A stretch of 48,490 nt of DNA from Spirochaetales bacterium (GCA_047515735.1 JAKZWC010000169.1:1-48490); one strand, 5' to 3'; positions 17,171-26,692 are shown, counted from the first letter of the stretch. Notes: generated from the letters alone by a model not told the origin. Made by a program: numbers and translations.

Positions 17171-18517
17171 ATGCCCACCGCCACCGCAGATACTCTCGAT
17201 TCTCTGGTCGCGGAGTACCGTGCCCGCAACGCCGCTTCCTGTGACCTGTTCCGGCGCGCGCAGTCGGTGCTGCCCGGCGGCAACACCAGAACCGGCGTAT
17301 TCGTGGACCCGTTCCCGGTCTATGTCGACCACGCGCAGGGGGTGGAGCTGATCGATGTGGACGGCAACCGCCGCCTGGACTTCGTCAACAACGCCAGCGC
17401 GCTGATCCTGGGCCACGCGCATCCCGCCGTGGTGGAGGCGATCACCGAACACGCCGGCCGCGGCAGCGCCTACTTCGCGCCTTGTCCCCTGGAGCTGGAA
17501 TTGGCCGAGTTGTTGGCGCAGCGGATCCCTTCGCTGGAGCGTCTGCGCTTCTGCAGCTCGGGTACCGAGGCGGTGCTGGGCGCGCTGCGCGCTGCGCGCG
17601 CCTTTACCGAGCGGCCCATGATCGCCAAGTTCGAAGGCGCCTATCACGGCATCGACGATCCGGCGCTGATCAGCTACCTGCCGCCGGTCGGTCCCGCCCT
17701 CGGGCCGGCGCAGCGGCCGCGGCCGGTCCCGGCTTCCGCCGGACTCGCCCCGGGGACCGCCGCGAACGTGCTCGTGCTGCCGTTCAACGACAGCGAGGCG
17801 TGTGCCACGCTGATCCGCGAACACGCCGACCGTCTGGCCGCGGTGATCGTCGACCCGCTGTCCACCGCGGCCGGGCTCACCCTGCCGGCACCGGACTTTC
17901 TGGAGACGTTGCGCAGTCTCACCAGCGAGCTGGGCATCGTGCTGATCTTCGACGAAGTGGTGAGCTTCCGCGCCGGATCGGGCGGCGCCCAGGGTACGTT
18001 CGGGGTGCAGCCCGACCTGACCTGTCTGGCCAAGGTGGTGGCCGGCGGCACCCCCGGCGGCGCCTTCGGCGGCCGTGCCGACATCATGGCGCTGTACGAT
18101 CCCAGCGCCGGGGCGCCGGCGATTCCGCAGTCCGGCACCTACAACGGCAACCCCATCGTGATGGCGGCGGGCCTGGCGACGCTGCGCACCATGACCGACT
18201 CCGCCTACCGCTCCATCCACCAACGCACCAGCCGTCTCGGCGACGGACTGCAGCAGGTGTTCGACGCGGCGGGAGTGCCGGGCTGCGTGGTCACCGCCGG
18301 CTCCCTGTTCCAGTTCTACTTCCTGCCGCAGCCGCCGCGCAATTACCGGGAGGCGGCGCAGGACGACGCCGGACGCCAGCGCTGGCTCTACCTCCGGCTC
18401 ATGAACCGCGGCATCGTCACCCGCCGCGGCGGCAACGTCTCGCTACCGATGGAGGATCGCCACACCGAGCGCCTGCTGGAGGAAGTCGGCGCCGCCCTGC
18501 GCCACCTGCCACGCTGA
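17171..18517 (+). CDS. Class-III (PLP) aminotransferase, glutamate-1-semialdehyde 2,1-aminomutase-like paralogue
   Basis: ATG 17171 is preceded by GGAGG (17161-17165). The sequence LPGGNTR...DFVNNASALILGHAHP...CSSGTEA...IFDEV...DLTCLAKVVAGGTPGGAFGG contains the PLP-lysine motif as in HemL-like enzymes. The track ORF 15005..18517 is over-extended. Confidence 0.85.
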   Translation: MPTATADTLDSLVAEYRARNAASCDLFRRAQSVLPGGNTRTGVFVDPFPVYVDHAQGVELIDVDGNRRLDFVNNASALILGHAHPAVVEAITEHAGRGSAYFAPCPLELELAELLAQRIPSLERLRFCSSGTEAVLGALRAARAFTERPMIAKFEGAYHGIDDPALISYLPPVGPALGPAQRPRPVPASAGLAPGTAANVLVLPFNDSEACATLIREHADRLAAVIVDPLSTAAGLTLPAPDFLETLRSLTSELGIVLIFDEVVSFRAGSGGAQGTFGVQPDLTCLAKVVAGGTPGGAFGGRADIMALYDPSAGAPAIPQSGTYNGNPIVMAAGLATLRTMTDSAYRSIHQRTSRLGDGLQQVFDAAGVPGCVVTAGSLFQFYFLPQPPRNYREAAQDDAGRQRWLYLRLMNRGIVTRRGGNVSLPMEDRHTERLLEEVGAALRHLPR

Positions 18518-18531
18518 GCCCAACGCCTCGA

Positions 18532-18732
18532 ATGCCGGATCGGTCGGGCAGTGTGACAGCACAGGACATCTCCTTCTTTCAGGAGCAGGGCTACATCCGT
18601 TACGAGGGGTTCTTCTCCGCCGCCGAGATGAACACGCTGCGCGAGGCGATCGACCACGCGATCGCGGAGCGGCGGGAGCGTATCAGGGGTGCGCGTGTTC
18701 GAAGCTGCGGTAGGCCATCACCTGGGAGATAG
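18532..18732 (+). pseudogene. 5' fragment of a phytanoyl-CoA dioxygenase (PhyH)-family gene
   Basis: TAQDISFFQEQGYIRYEGFFSAAEMNTLREAIDHAI is a typical PhyH N-terminus. The frame ends after 66 codons, and no frame downstream continues the family (the His/Asp iron ligands are absent). Confidence 0.45.
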
Positions 18733-18772
18733 TCGCACGCACGCAAGCTGCGCACGCAGCGCAGACGGCAGA

Positions 18773-18802
18773 TTGACGGCCGGCCTCGGGCGCAATTATA
18801 CT
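18773..18802 (+). promoter_or_regulatory. Sigma-70-like promoter candidate: TTGACG - 18 nt - TATACT
   Basis: TTGACG at 18773-18778 and TATACT at 18797-18802, read directly. It sits in a non-coding stretch between two gene fragments. Confidence 0.35.
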
Positions 18803-18816
18803 GCTCGGCAATTGGT

Positions 18817-18858
18817 CCCCGCCGGACTCGCCGCAAGGCCCCGGCGGGGTTATTTTTT
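18817..18858 (+). terminator. Rho-independent terminator (9-bp G/C stem plus T-tract)
   Basis: CCCCGCCGG (18817-18825) pairs perfectly with CCGGCGGGG (18841-18849) around a 15-nt loop. TTATTTTTT follows at 18850-18858. Confidence 0.6.
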
Positions 18859-18864
18859 GGCGGC

Positions 18865-19263
18865 ATGCCCGCCGAGCCCGACATCAAGCGTGCCGTTTCG
18901 TTCATCGACGGGCAGAACCTGTACCGGCACGCAAAGGACGCGTTCGGCTACCACCATCCCAACTACGATCCGCGCAAGCTCGCCGACGCCGTGTGCGCCG
19001 AACGCGGCTGGGTCAATCACGGTGTTCGCTTTTATACCGGCATTCCGAGCGCGGACAGGGCGCCGATGTGGCACGGGTACTGGACGCGTCGCCTGACGGC
19101 CATGCGGCGGGCAGGCATCGTCGTTACCACCCGGTATCTGCGCTACCGGGTGGAACGCGTGCGGCTGCCCGACGGTTCGGTCCACGAGATCCCGGTGGAG
19201 CGCGAGAAGGGGATCGACCTGCGGCTCGGGCTCGACGTCGTAGCTTGCGTTCGTCTTGCATGA
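18865..19263 (+). pseudogene. NYN-domain (LabA/DUF88-like, PIN-fold) gene, apparently 3'-truncated
   Basis: RAVSFIDGQNLYRHAKDAFG...VRFYTGIP...EKGIDLRLGLDVV matches the first two-thirds of NYN domains. The ORF stops about 9 codons after the EKGVD motif, before the usual xSGDxD segment. No other frame continues it before valS. Confidence 0.55.
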
Positions 19264-19367
19264 ACGTGTCGCGCTGCCGGGGGCTGCCGGGGAGACGGAA
19301 TTGACAAGGAGCGGCCTTTTCCGCGACGGTGGAGCGTCACCTCCGCTGGTGTCCGAATAATCAGACC

Positions 19368-22073
19368 ATGTCCTTCGATCCCAGCAATCTACCTCGTCAC
19401 TACGATGCCGCGCGCCGGGAGGAGCACTTCCGCCGCTGGTGGGAACAGGCCGGCGTGTACCGCTACGATCCCGACCACCGTCGCGACCAGGCGTTCGTGG
19501 TGGACACACCGCCGCCCACCGTGTCGGGCTCGCTGCATGTCGGCCATGTGTTCAGCTACACCCAGGCCGACGTCGTCACCCGCTACCAGCGCATGCTGGG
19601 CAAGCACGTGTTCTACCCCATGGGATGGGACGACAACGGCCTGCCCACCGAGCGCCGGGTGCAGAACTACTTCCACGTGCGCTGCGATCCGAGCCACCCC
19701 TACGAGCCCGGCCTCGAGCTGTCGATGGCCACCAGCAAGGCGTTCAAGTCACCGCCGCGGCCGGTGTCGCGGCGCAACTTCATCGAGCTGTGCGCCCTGG
19801 TCACCCGGGAGGATGAGCGGGCGTTCATGAGCGTATGGCAGACCATCGGTCTGTCGGTGGACTGGAACGAAGAGTACGCCACCATCAACGACGCCAGCCG
19901 CCACCTCGCCCAGTACAGCTTTCTGGACCTCCACCGCAAGGGGCACCTGTACACTGCCGAGGCGCCCACCATGTGGGATGTCGACTTCCGCACCGCCGTG
20001 GCCCAGGCCGAGGTGCAGGATCGGTCCACCGCCGGCCACTACCACGACATCGCGTTCGCGGTGGAGGGCAGCGAACGGGAACTGGTGATCTCCACCACCC
20101 GTCCCGAGCTGCTCGCCGCCTGCGTCGGCGTCGCCGCCCATCCCGACGACGCCCGTTATCGGGACCTGTTCGGCCAACGCGCCGTCACCCCGCTGTTTCG
20201 CGCCCGCGTGCCGATCTTCGCCACCGAGCTGGCCGACCCCGAGAAGGGCACCGGCATCCTGATGGTGTGCACCTTCGGCGATACGACCGACGTCCAGTGG
20301 TGGCAGGAGCAGGGGCTCCCGTTGCGCCAGATCGTCGGCCGCGACGGCCGCCTGCAGCCGGTCACCTTCGGCAGCGGCGTGTGGGACAGCGCCGACCCCG
20401 CCGCGGCCAACCGCTACTACGCCGAGCTGGCCGGCAAGAACCTGCGCCAGGCGCGCGCCGCCATCGTGACCCAGCTCCGTGACGCGGACGGCGCCGCCGG
20501 CGGCGATCAGCCGCCCCTGCGCGGCGAGCCGCGCGCCATCGAGCACACCGTGCGCTACTATGAGCAGGGCGACCGCCCGCTGGAGTTCATCACCACCCGG
20601 CAGTGGTTCGTGCGCCTCACCGACAAGCGGCAGGAGCTGATCGAACGCGGCCGCGAGATCCAGTGGCACCCCGGCTACATGCTCAGCCGCTACGTCAACT
20701 GGACCGAGAACCTGCAGTTCGACTGGTGCATCAGCCGCCAGCGCTATTTCGGGGTGCCGTTTCCGGTGTGGTACCCGCTCGACGAAGGCGGCACGCCGAA
20801 TTACGAGCAACCGCTGCTGGCGCCGCTCGAGGCGTTGCCGGTGGACCCGCTCAGCGACACGCCGCCGGGTTACGAGCCAGAGCAACGCGACCAGCCGGGC
20901 GGGTTTACCGCCGAGGCGGACGTGTTCGACACCTGGTTCACCAGCTCCCTGACACCGCAGATCGGCAGCGGCTGGATTCTCAATCCGGAACGCCACGAGC
21001 GGCTGTCGCCGATGGATATCCGGCCCCAGGCGCACGACATCATCCGTACCTGGGCGTTCTACACCATCGCCAAGGCGCACCTCCACTTCGACACCATCCC
21101 CTGGCATCACGCCCTGATCTCCGGCTGGATCCTCGATCCGGACCGCAAGAAGATGTCCAAGAGCCGCGGCAACACCGTCACCCCGCAGCAGATCATCGAC
21201 ACCCACCATGCCGACGCGGCGCGCTACTGGGCGGCCAGCGCGCGGCTGGGCGTGGATACCGCATACGACGAGTCGGTGTTCAAGATCGGCCGCCGGCTGG
21301 TCACCAAGCTGTACAACGCCGGCAAGTTCGTGACCGCCATCGTTGCCACCGCCCACGCCGAGCTGGGCGAGCGCCCCGGTGCCGAAGCGGTGAGCGAGGA
21401 GCTGGACCGCGGCTTCCTGCAGCAGCTCCGCGGCCTGGTGGAGCGGGCGACCGCCGCGTTCGACGACTTCGACTACGCCAGCGCCCTGGCCCATACCGAG
21501 GAATTCTTCTGGGACAACTTCACCGACTCCTACATCGAGCTGGCCAAGAACCGGGCCAAGGGGAGCGGCGACGTGAGCCGTGCGGCGCGCGCGTCGGCGG
21601 TGGCCGCCCTGGACTTCGCGCTGCGCGTGTTGGTGCGGCTGTTCGCGCCGGTGCTCCCGTACATCACCGAGGAGGTGTGGTCATGGGACTACGCGCGGCG
21701 CCTCCAGGCGCAGTTGGACGGCAGCGACGGCGATGACCTGCCTCCCGCCGCCTGTTCGGTGCATCGTGCCGCGTGGCCCGCGGCCGCCGAATTCGCACCC
21801 CTCGGGGAGCCCGCCGACAGCGACAGCTTTGCCGTCGCCAAGGCGTGTCTGGCGGCCATTCACCGGCACAAGACGCAAGCCGCCGTATCGGTGGCGCGGG
21901 CGGTCGACTCGATCCGGCTCGCCGCCCATCCGAGCACGATACGCGTCGCGGAGGCGGTGGCGGGCGACGTGATCAGCGCGGTGCGGGCCGAGAGCTTCGA
22001 GTTGGTGGAAGATGATTCCCTCGCTGCCGGACAGTTCGCGGTGCGGGCCGCCGAGTTCGCCGCCCGCACCTGA
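19368..22073 (+). CDS. valS: Valine--tRNA ligase
   Basis: Start ATG 19368 (MSFDPSNLPRHYD). HIGH-type motif PPPTVSGSLHVGH, KMSKS at KKMSKSRGN, and the editing-domain and anticodon-binding regions are recognisable. 901 aa. Confidence 0.95.
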   Translation: MSFDPSNLPRHYDAARREEHFRRWWEQAGVYRYDPDHRRDQAFVVDTPPPTVSGSLHVGHVFSYTQADVVTRYQRMLGKHVFYPMGWDDNGLPTERRVQNYFHVRCDPSHPYEPGLELSMATSKAFKSPPRPVSRRNFIELCALVTREDERAFMSVWQTIGLSVDWNEEYATINDASRHLAQYSFLDLHRKGHLYTAEAPTMWDVDFRTAVAQAEVQDRSTAGHYHDIAFAVEGSERELVISTTRPELLAACVGVAAHPDDARYRDLFGQRAVTPLFRARVPIFATELADPEKGTGILMVCTFGDTTDVQWWQEQGLPLRQIVGRDGRLQPVTFGSGVWDSADPAAANRYYAELAGKNLRQARAAIVTQLRDADGAAGGDQPPLRGEPRAIEHTVRYYEQGDRPLEFITTRQWFVRLTDKRQELIERGREIQWHPGYMLSRYVNWTENLQFDWCISRQRYFGVPFPVWYPLDEGGTPNYEQPLLAPLEALPVDPLSDTPPGYEPEQRDQPGGFTAEADVFDTWFTSSLTPQIGSGWILNPERHERLSPMDIRPQAHDIIRTWAFYTIAKAHLHFDTIPWHHALISGWILDPDRKKMSKSRGNTVTPQQIIDTHHADAARYWAASARLGVDTAYDESVFKIGRRLVTKLYNAGKFVTAIVATAHAELGERPGAEAVSEELDRGFLQQLRGLVERATAAFDDFDYASALAHTEEFFWDNFTDSYIELAKNRAKGSGDVSRAARASAVAALDFALRVLVRLFAPVLPYITEEVWSWDYARRLQAQLDGSDGDDLPPAACSVHRAAWPAAAEFAPLGEPADSDSFAVAKACLAAIHRHKTQAAVSVARAVDSIRLAAHPSTIRVAEAVAGDVISAVRAESFELVEDDSLAAGQFAVRAAEFAART

Positions 22074-22086
22074 TCGGAGGGCGGCG

Positions 22087-22752
22087 GTGGGGGGACGACG
22101 CGGCGCCTCCACGGTGCCGGTGGCGCTGTTCGCATCGGGCTCCGGCAGCAATGTCGCCGCCCTGCTGGAACACCGCTACGCCGGTCCGGTGCGACCCGAC
22201 TACCGCTGCCTGATCGGCAACAACAGCGACGCGGGGGTGATGGCGCTGGCGCGTGGCCGCGGTCTGCCGTGCTACCACGTGTCGAGCCGCACCCATCCGC
22301 GGCCGGAGGCGTTCTCGGCCCGCCTGCGGGAGATCCTCCACGGCCACGGCATCGAGTTGATCGTGCTGGCCGGCTACCTGAAGCGACTGTCGGCGGAGCT
22401 GGTACGCCGCTGGCGGGGACGGATCCTCAGCATCCATCCGGCGCTGCTGCCGCGCCACGGCGGGGCCGGCATGTACGGCCTGGCCCCGCACCGCGCCGTG
22501 CTGGCCGCCGGCGAGCTCGAGACCGGGGTCACGGTCCACTGGGTCACCGAGGAGTACGACGCGGGATCGATCCTCCTGCAGCGCGTGGTCGCGGTGCACG
22601 ACGGCGACACGGCCGAGACTCTGGCGCGGCGCGTGCTGGCCGTCGAGCACGACACCTACCGGCGCGCAGTGGAGCAGGCCGCAACAGAGTTGGCCGGCGG
22701 GGCAGCCGCGGCGCCTCGCGGGGGGCGCGCGGTGGACAGGGGAACGGCATGA
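22087..22752 (+). CDS. purN: Phosphoribosylglycinamide formyltransferase
   Basis: VALFASGSGSNVAALL, LIVLAGYLKRL, SIHPALLP and VTVHWVTEEYDAGSIL are canonical PurN motifs. I chose the first in-frame GTG after the valS stop (22087). GTG 22114 is an alternative. Confidence 0.85.
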   Translation: MGGRRGASTVPVALFASGSGSNVAALLEHRYAGPVRPDYRCLIGNNSDAGVMALARGRGLPCYHVSSRTHPRPEAFSARLREILHGHGIELIVLAGYLKRLSAELVRRWRGRILSIHPALLPRHGGAGMYGLAPHRAVLAAGELETGVTVHWVTEEYDAGSILLQRVVAVHDGDTAETLARRVLAVEHDTYRRAVEQAATELAGGAAAAPRGGRAVDRGTA

Positions 22753-23882
22753 GCCGGCGCGTGGTGCGGGGACGCGGCGCGGTGGCCAATCCCGGCAACC
22801 GCTTCGACGGCATCGACTATTTGCCCGATCCCGAGGCGCTGCAGGCGCAGGCGGACGCCGGCGCCGCGCCGGAGCGCCCGCGCACCGAGCTGCTGCGCGA
22901 CCGCTCGCGCAGCATCATCACTTACAACGACAGCCCCGACGTGAACTTCGACGCCTCCATCAACCCCTACCGGGGCTGCGAGCACGGCTGCGCCTACTGC
23001 TTCGCGCGGCCCACGCACGAGTACCTGGGCATGTCCGCGGGGCTGGACTTCGAGACCAGGATCCTGGTCAAGGAGCACGCTCCCGAGCTGCTGCGCCAGG
23101 AGCTGGCACGGCCCGGCTGGCGGCCGCAGGCGCTTGGGCTGAGCGGGGTGACCGATCCCTACCAGCCGATCGAGCGCCGCCTGCGCCTCACCCGCGGCTG
23201 CCTGGAGGTGCTGTGCGAGGCGCGCAACCCGGTGCAGGTGATCACCAAGAACTACCTGGTGACGCGCGATGTCGACCTGCTGGCGGAGCTGGCGCGGCAG
23301 CGGCTCGCCGCGGTGTGCGTATCGCTGCCCACCATCGACGCCGCGCTGAGCCGGGTGCTGGAGCCGCGCACCAGTCAGCCGCAACGGCGCCTCGATGCCG
23401 TGGCGCGGCTCGCGGACGCCGGCATTCCGGTGATCGTCCTCGTGGCCCCCGTCATCCCCGGGCTCACCGACCACGAAATACCCGCGGTCATCGCAGCGGC
23501 GAGCCGGGCCGGCGCCACCCATGCCGGCTACGTCACCCTGCGGCTGCCGCTGGCGGTGGCGCCGCTGTTCAGCGCCTGGCTCGAGGAACACCGGCCCAAC
23601 CAGGCACGCAAGGTGCTCGAGCGGGTCCGCGACCTGCGCGGAGGGGCGCTGAACGAGGCCGCGTTCGGCAGCCGCATGCGCGGCCGCGGGCCCTTTGCGA
23701 AGCTGATCGAGCAGCTCTTCGCCGGCTCCTGCCGCCGCCACGGTGTCAACGCCGAACGCCTGCGCCTGCGCCTGCGCACCGACCTGTTCCAGCGTCCCCG
23801 CGCCGACGCCGCCCAGCTCCCGCTGTTCACGGAGCTCGAGCCCGGGACGATGCCGTTCCCGGACGCGGAGATCGACACGTGA
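22749..23882 (+). CDS. Radical SAM protein (PA0069-like family)
   Basis: ATG 22749 overlaps the purN stop (ATGA). NPGNRFD and INPYRGCEHGCAYCFAR (CxxxCxxC cluster) are followed by SGVTDPYQPIE, typical of this conserved family. Confidence 0.85.
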   Translation: MSRRVVRGRGAVANPGNRFDGIDYLPDPEALQAQADAGAAPERPRTELLRDRSRSIITYNDSPDVNFDASINPYRGCEHGCAYCFARPTHEYLGMSAGLDFETRILVKEHAPELLRQELARPGWRPQALGLSGVTDPYQPIERRLRLTRGCLEVLCEARNPVQVITKNYLVTRDVDLLAELARQRLAAVCVSLPTIDAALSRVLEPRTSQPQRRLDAVARLADAGIPVIVLVAPVIPGLTDHEIPAVIAAASRAGATHAGYVTLRLPLAVAPLFSAWLEEHRPNQARKVLERVRDLRGGALNEAAFGSRMRGRGPFAKLIEQLFAGSCRRHGVNAERLRLRLRTDLFQRPRADAAQLPLFTELEPGTMPFPDAEIDT

Positions 23883-23995
23883 GCGGCACCCCGCGCCTAG
23901 CGTGCGCCAGACGCCGGACCGGGAGCAGGGCCGGCGTGGCGCTGAGCCTCCTGCGCCCCGAGGGCACGGTGGCCGCGCGGGTGCGCGAGCAGTGG

Positions 23996-24340
23996 ATGCG
24001 TCATGCCGGCCAGTTCTTCGGCGCAGAGCAGGCAGCGCCCTCGTCGCCCGAGGTGTTCGACGACCCGAGCACCGGGGTGGAGGTGCGCGAACCGCCGCTG
24101 TTCCAGGTGATCATGCACAATGACCACTACACCACCATGGACTTCGTGGTGAGTGTGCTGGAGGGCGTATTCCACAAGTCGCCCTCCGAGGCTACGCAGA
24201 TCATGCTCGCGATTCATCGCCACGGTGCGGGACGTTGCGGGGTATATACGCGCGAGGTGGCGGAAATGAAAATCGAGCACGTGCATCGGCTGGCGCACGA
24301 GCATGAGTTCCCGTTACGCTGTTCCCTGCAAGAGGCTTGA
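23996..24340 (+). CDS. clpS: ATP-dependent Clp protease adaptor ClpS
   Basis: PPLFQVIMHNDHYTTMDFVVSVLEGVFHKSPSEATQIMLAIHRHGAGRCGVYTREVAE is a canonical ClpS core. It lies immediately upstream of clpA. The start at ATG 23996 is provisional. Confidence 0.9.
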   Translation: MRHAGQFFGAEQAAPSSPEVFDDPSTGVEVREPPLFQVIMHNDHYTTMDFVVSVLEGVFHKSPSEATQIMLAIHRHGAGRCGVYTREVAEMKIEHVHRLAHEHEFPLRCSLQEA

Positions 24341-24343
24341 GCG

Positions 24344-26692
24344 ATGTTGAGTCGTGACGTGGAGCTGTCCCTGGCCGCGGCGTTTCGAGAGGCGGAGATC
24401 CGGCGCCACGAGTTCGTGACCCTGGAGCACCTGTTGTACGCCCTGCTGCACAACGACGACGGGGCCGCGATCATCGGCGCCTGCGGTGGAGAGACGCGCG
24501 AACTGCGCACCCGGCTGGAGACGTTCTTCCGCGACCGGCTGCAGACGGTACCGGGAGAGAGTCCCTACGAGCTGGAGATGACGCGCACGGTGCGCCGCCT
24601 GCTGCAGCGGGTGATTCACCAGGCGCGCAGCGCGGAACGGGAGAAGGTGCATGCCGGCGACCTGCTCGCCGCGCTGCTGCTGGAAGCCGACTCCCACGCT
24701 GTGTACTTCCTCCAGGAGCAGGGTGTTTCCCGCGTCAACGTGCTGGAAGTGATCTCCCACGGCGAGGTCGCACCCGCCGCTGACACGCCGGCAAAGCCGC
24801 CTGAGGAGGCCCGCAAGGGCACTTCCCGGCAGATGCTGGAACGGTTCACCGCCGATCTGACGGCGCGCGCCGCCGCCGGTGCCTTCGACCCGCTGATCGG
24901 CCGCGGCCCGGAAGTCGCCCGCGCCCTGCAGATCCTGGGGCGCCGCCACAAGAACAGTCCGGTGCTGGTGGGCGATGCGGGAGTCGGCAAGACCGCGATC
25001 GTCGAAGGAATCGCGTGCCGCATCGCCGCCGGCGAGGTGCCGGCGATGTTCCGTGGGATGCGCATCATTGCCCTCGATCTGGGCGCGCTGCTGGCCGGCA
25101 CCCGGTTTCGCGGCGACTTCGAGGAGCGCATCAAGGGCGTGATCGACGCGCTGCGCGAACGCCGCGACGCGATCCTGTTCATCGACGAGATCCACACCGT
25201 CATCGGCGCCGGCGCCACCTCGGGGGGTACCATGGACGCCTCCAACCTGCTCAAGCCGGTGCTCGGCAGCGGCGAGCTGCGCTGCATCGGGGCCACCACC
25301 TACGAGGAGTACCGCCGCCACTTCGAGAAGGACCACGCCCTGTCACGGCGCTTCCAGAAGATCGTGGTGGCGGAACCGTCGGTGGATGACACCGTGCTGA
25401 TCCTGCGCGGCCTCCGGGAGCGCTACGAGGCGTTCCACGAGGTGCGTTACAGCGAGCGCGCACTGCGCGACGCCGCCGAGCTGGCGGCGGTCCACATCCA
25501 CGACCGGCACCTGCCGGACAAGGCGATCGACGTCATCGACGAGGCGGGTGCCCGCTGGAAGCTGCGCGCGTCGCCAAACGGTACCGCGGACGCCGCCGGC
25601 GCTGGCCCGGACGCTGCGGACGCGCCAGACGATGCCCACTCGGGTTCCGGCCGGCGCCACGTGATCACCGGCAGCGAGGTGGCGGCGGTGGTGGCGAGCA
25701 TCAGCGGGCGGCCGGTGGCGGCGGTCTCCAGCAGCGGGCGCCAATCGCTGCGCGATCTGCCCGGCAAGCTACGCGAGCGGATCTTCGGCCAGGACGAGGC
25801 GATCGACCGCATCACCCGCGCCATCAAGCGCAACCGCGCCGGCCTCGGCGAGGTGAACCAGCCGATCGGGGCGTTCCTGCTCACCGGACCCACCGGCGTC
25901 GGCAAGACCGAGCTCACCCGCCAGCTCGCCGACCTGCTCGGCGTGGAACTGATCCGCATCGACATGAGCGAATACCAGGAGAAGCACACCGTGTCGCGGC
26001 TGATCGGGGCGCCCCCCGGCTACGTCGGCTACGAGGAGGGCGGCTATCTGACCGACGCCGTCATCAAGGCCCCCTACTCCGTGGTGCTGCTGGATGAGAT
26101 CGAAAAGGCCCATCCCGACGTGTTCGACCTGCTGCTGCAGATCATGGACCACGCCTCGCTCACCGACGGCAACGGCCGCCGCGCCGACTTCCACCACACC
26201 GTCCTGGCGATGACCTCCAACGCCGGCGGCGAAGATATGAGCGCCGACCACATCGGCTTCGATCACGGCGCGACGCCGGTGCCGACCTCCGCCGCCGCGG
26301 CCGCGGTCAAGCGCCTGTTCCGGCCCGAGTTCATCAATCGCCTGGACGCCATCGTCACTTTCCGGCCGCTGCAGCCCGACAGCATGCGCCGCATCGTGGC
26401 CGCCCACCTGCAGCACCTCAACGCCAAGCTGCGCGCGAGGGGCGGCACCGGCGGCCGCGCCGTGGTGCAGCTCACCGGCGCCGCCCACGGCTGGCTCAGC
26501 GAACGCGGCTACGACCCGCGCTACGGCGCGCGCCCATTGGGGCGCCTGTTTCAGCGCGAGGTGGCGGACCGCATCACCGACCTGCTGCTGGCCGGCGCGC
26601 GCCTGCGCGGCGTGGTAACCGTGGATCTGGCGCCGGACGGCGCCGAACTCGCCGTGCTGAACAAGGCGGCCCTGGCTCCCGCGAGCAGCTGA
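24344..26692 (+). CDS. clpA: ATP-dependent Clp protease ATP-binding subunit ClpA
   Basis: 782 aa. Clp N-domain, two AAA+ modules (GDAGVGKT and GPTGVGKTE Walker A; ILFIDEIH and VVLLDEIEKAH Walker B), and no long middle domain. Confidence 0.95.
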   Translation: MLSRDVELSLAAAFREAEIRRHEFVTLEHLLYALLHNDDGAAIIGACGGETRELRTRLETFFRDRLQTVPGESPYELEMTRTVRRLLQRVIHQARSAEREKVHAGDLLAALLLEADSHAVYFLQEQGVSRVNVLEVISHGEVAPAADTPAKPPEEARKGTSRQMLERFTADLTARAAAGAFDPLIGRGPEVARALQILGRRHKNSPVLVGDAGVGKTAIVEGIACRIAAGEVPAMFRGMRIIALDLGALLAGTRFRGDFEERIKGVIDALRERRDAILFIDEIHTVIGAGATSGGTMDASNLLKPVLGSGELRCIGATTYEEYRRHFEKDHALSRRFQKIVVAEPSVDDTVLILRGLRERYEAFHEVRYSERALRDAAELAAVHIHDRHLPDKAIDVIDEAGARWKLRASPNGTADAAGAGPDAADAPDDAHSGSGRRHVITGSEVAAVVASISGRPVAAVSSSGRQSLRDLPGKLRERIFGQDEAIDRITRAIKRNRAGLGEVNQPIGAFLLTGPTGVGKTELTRQLADLLGVELIRIDMSEYQEKHTVSRLIGAPPGYVGYEEGGYLTDAVIKAPYSVVLLDEIEKAHPDVFDLLLQIMDHASLTDGNGRRADFHHTVLAMTSNAGGEDMSADHIGFDHGATPVPTSAAAAAVKRLFRPEFINRLDAIVTFRPLQPDSMRRIVAAHLQHLNAKLRARGGTGGRAVVQLTGAAHGWLSERGYDPRYGARPLGRLFQREVADRITDLLLAGARLRGVVTVDLAPDGAELAVLNKAALAPASS

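Noticed and set aside
18690-18760. Minus-strand reading ...RATISQVMAYRSFEHAHP* at the point where the PhyH-like frame loses similarity
   Set aside because: - It looked like the C-terminus of another broken gene.
- The open frame is under 60 codons, and I recognise no family.
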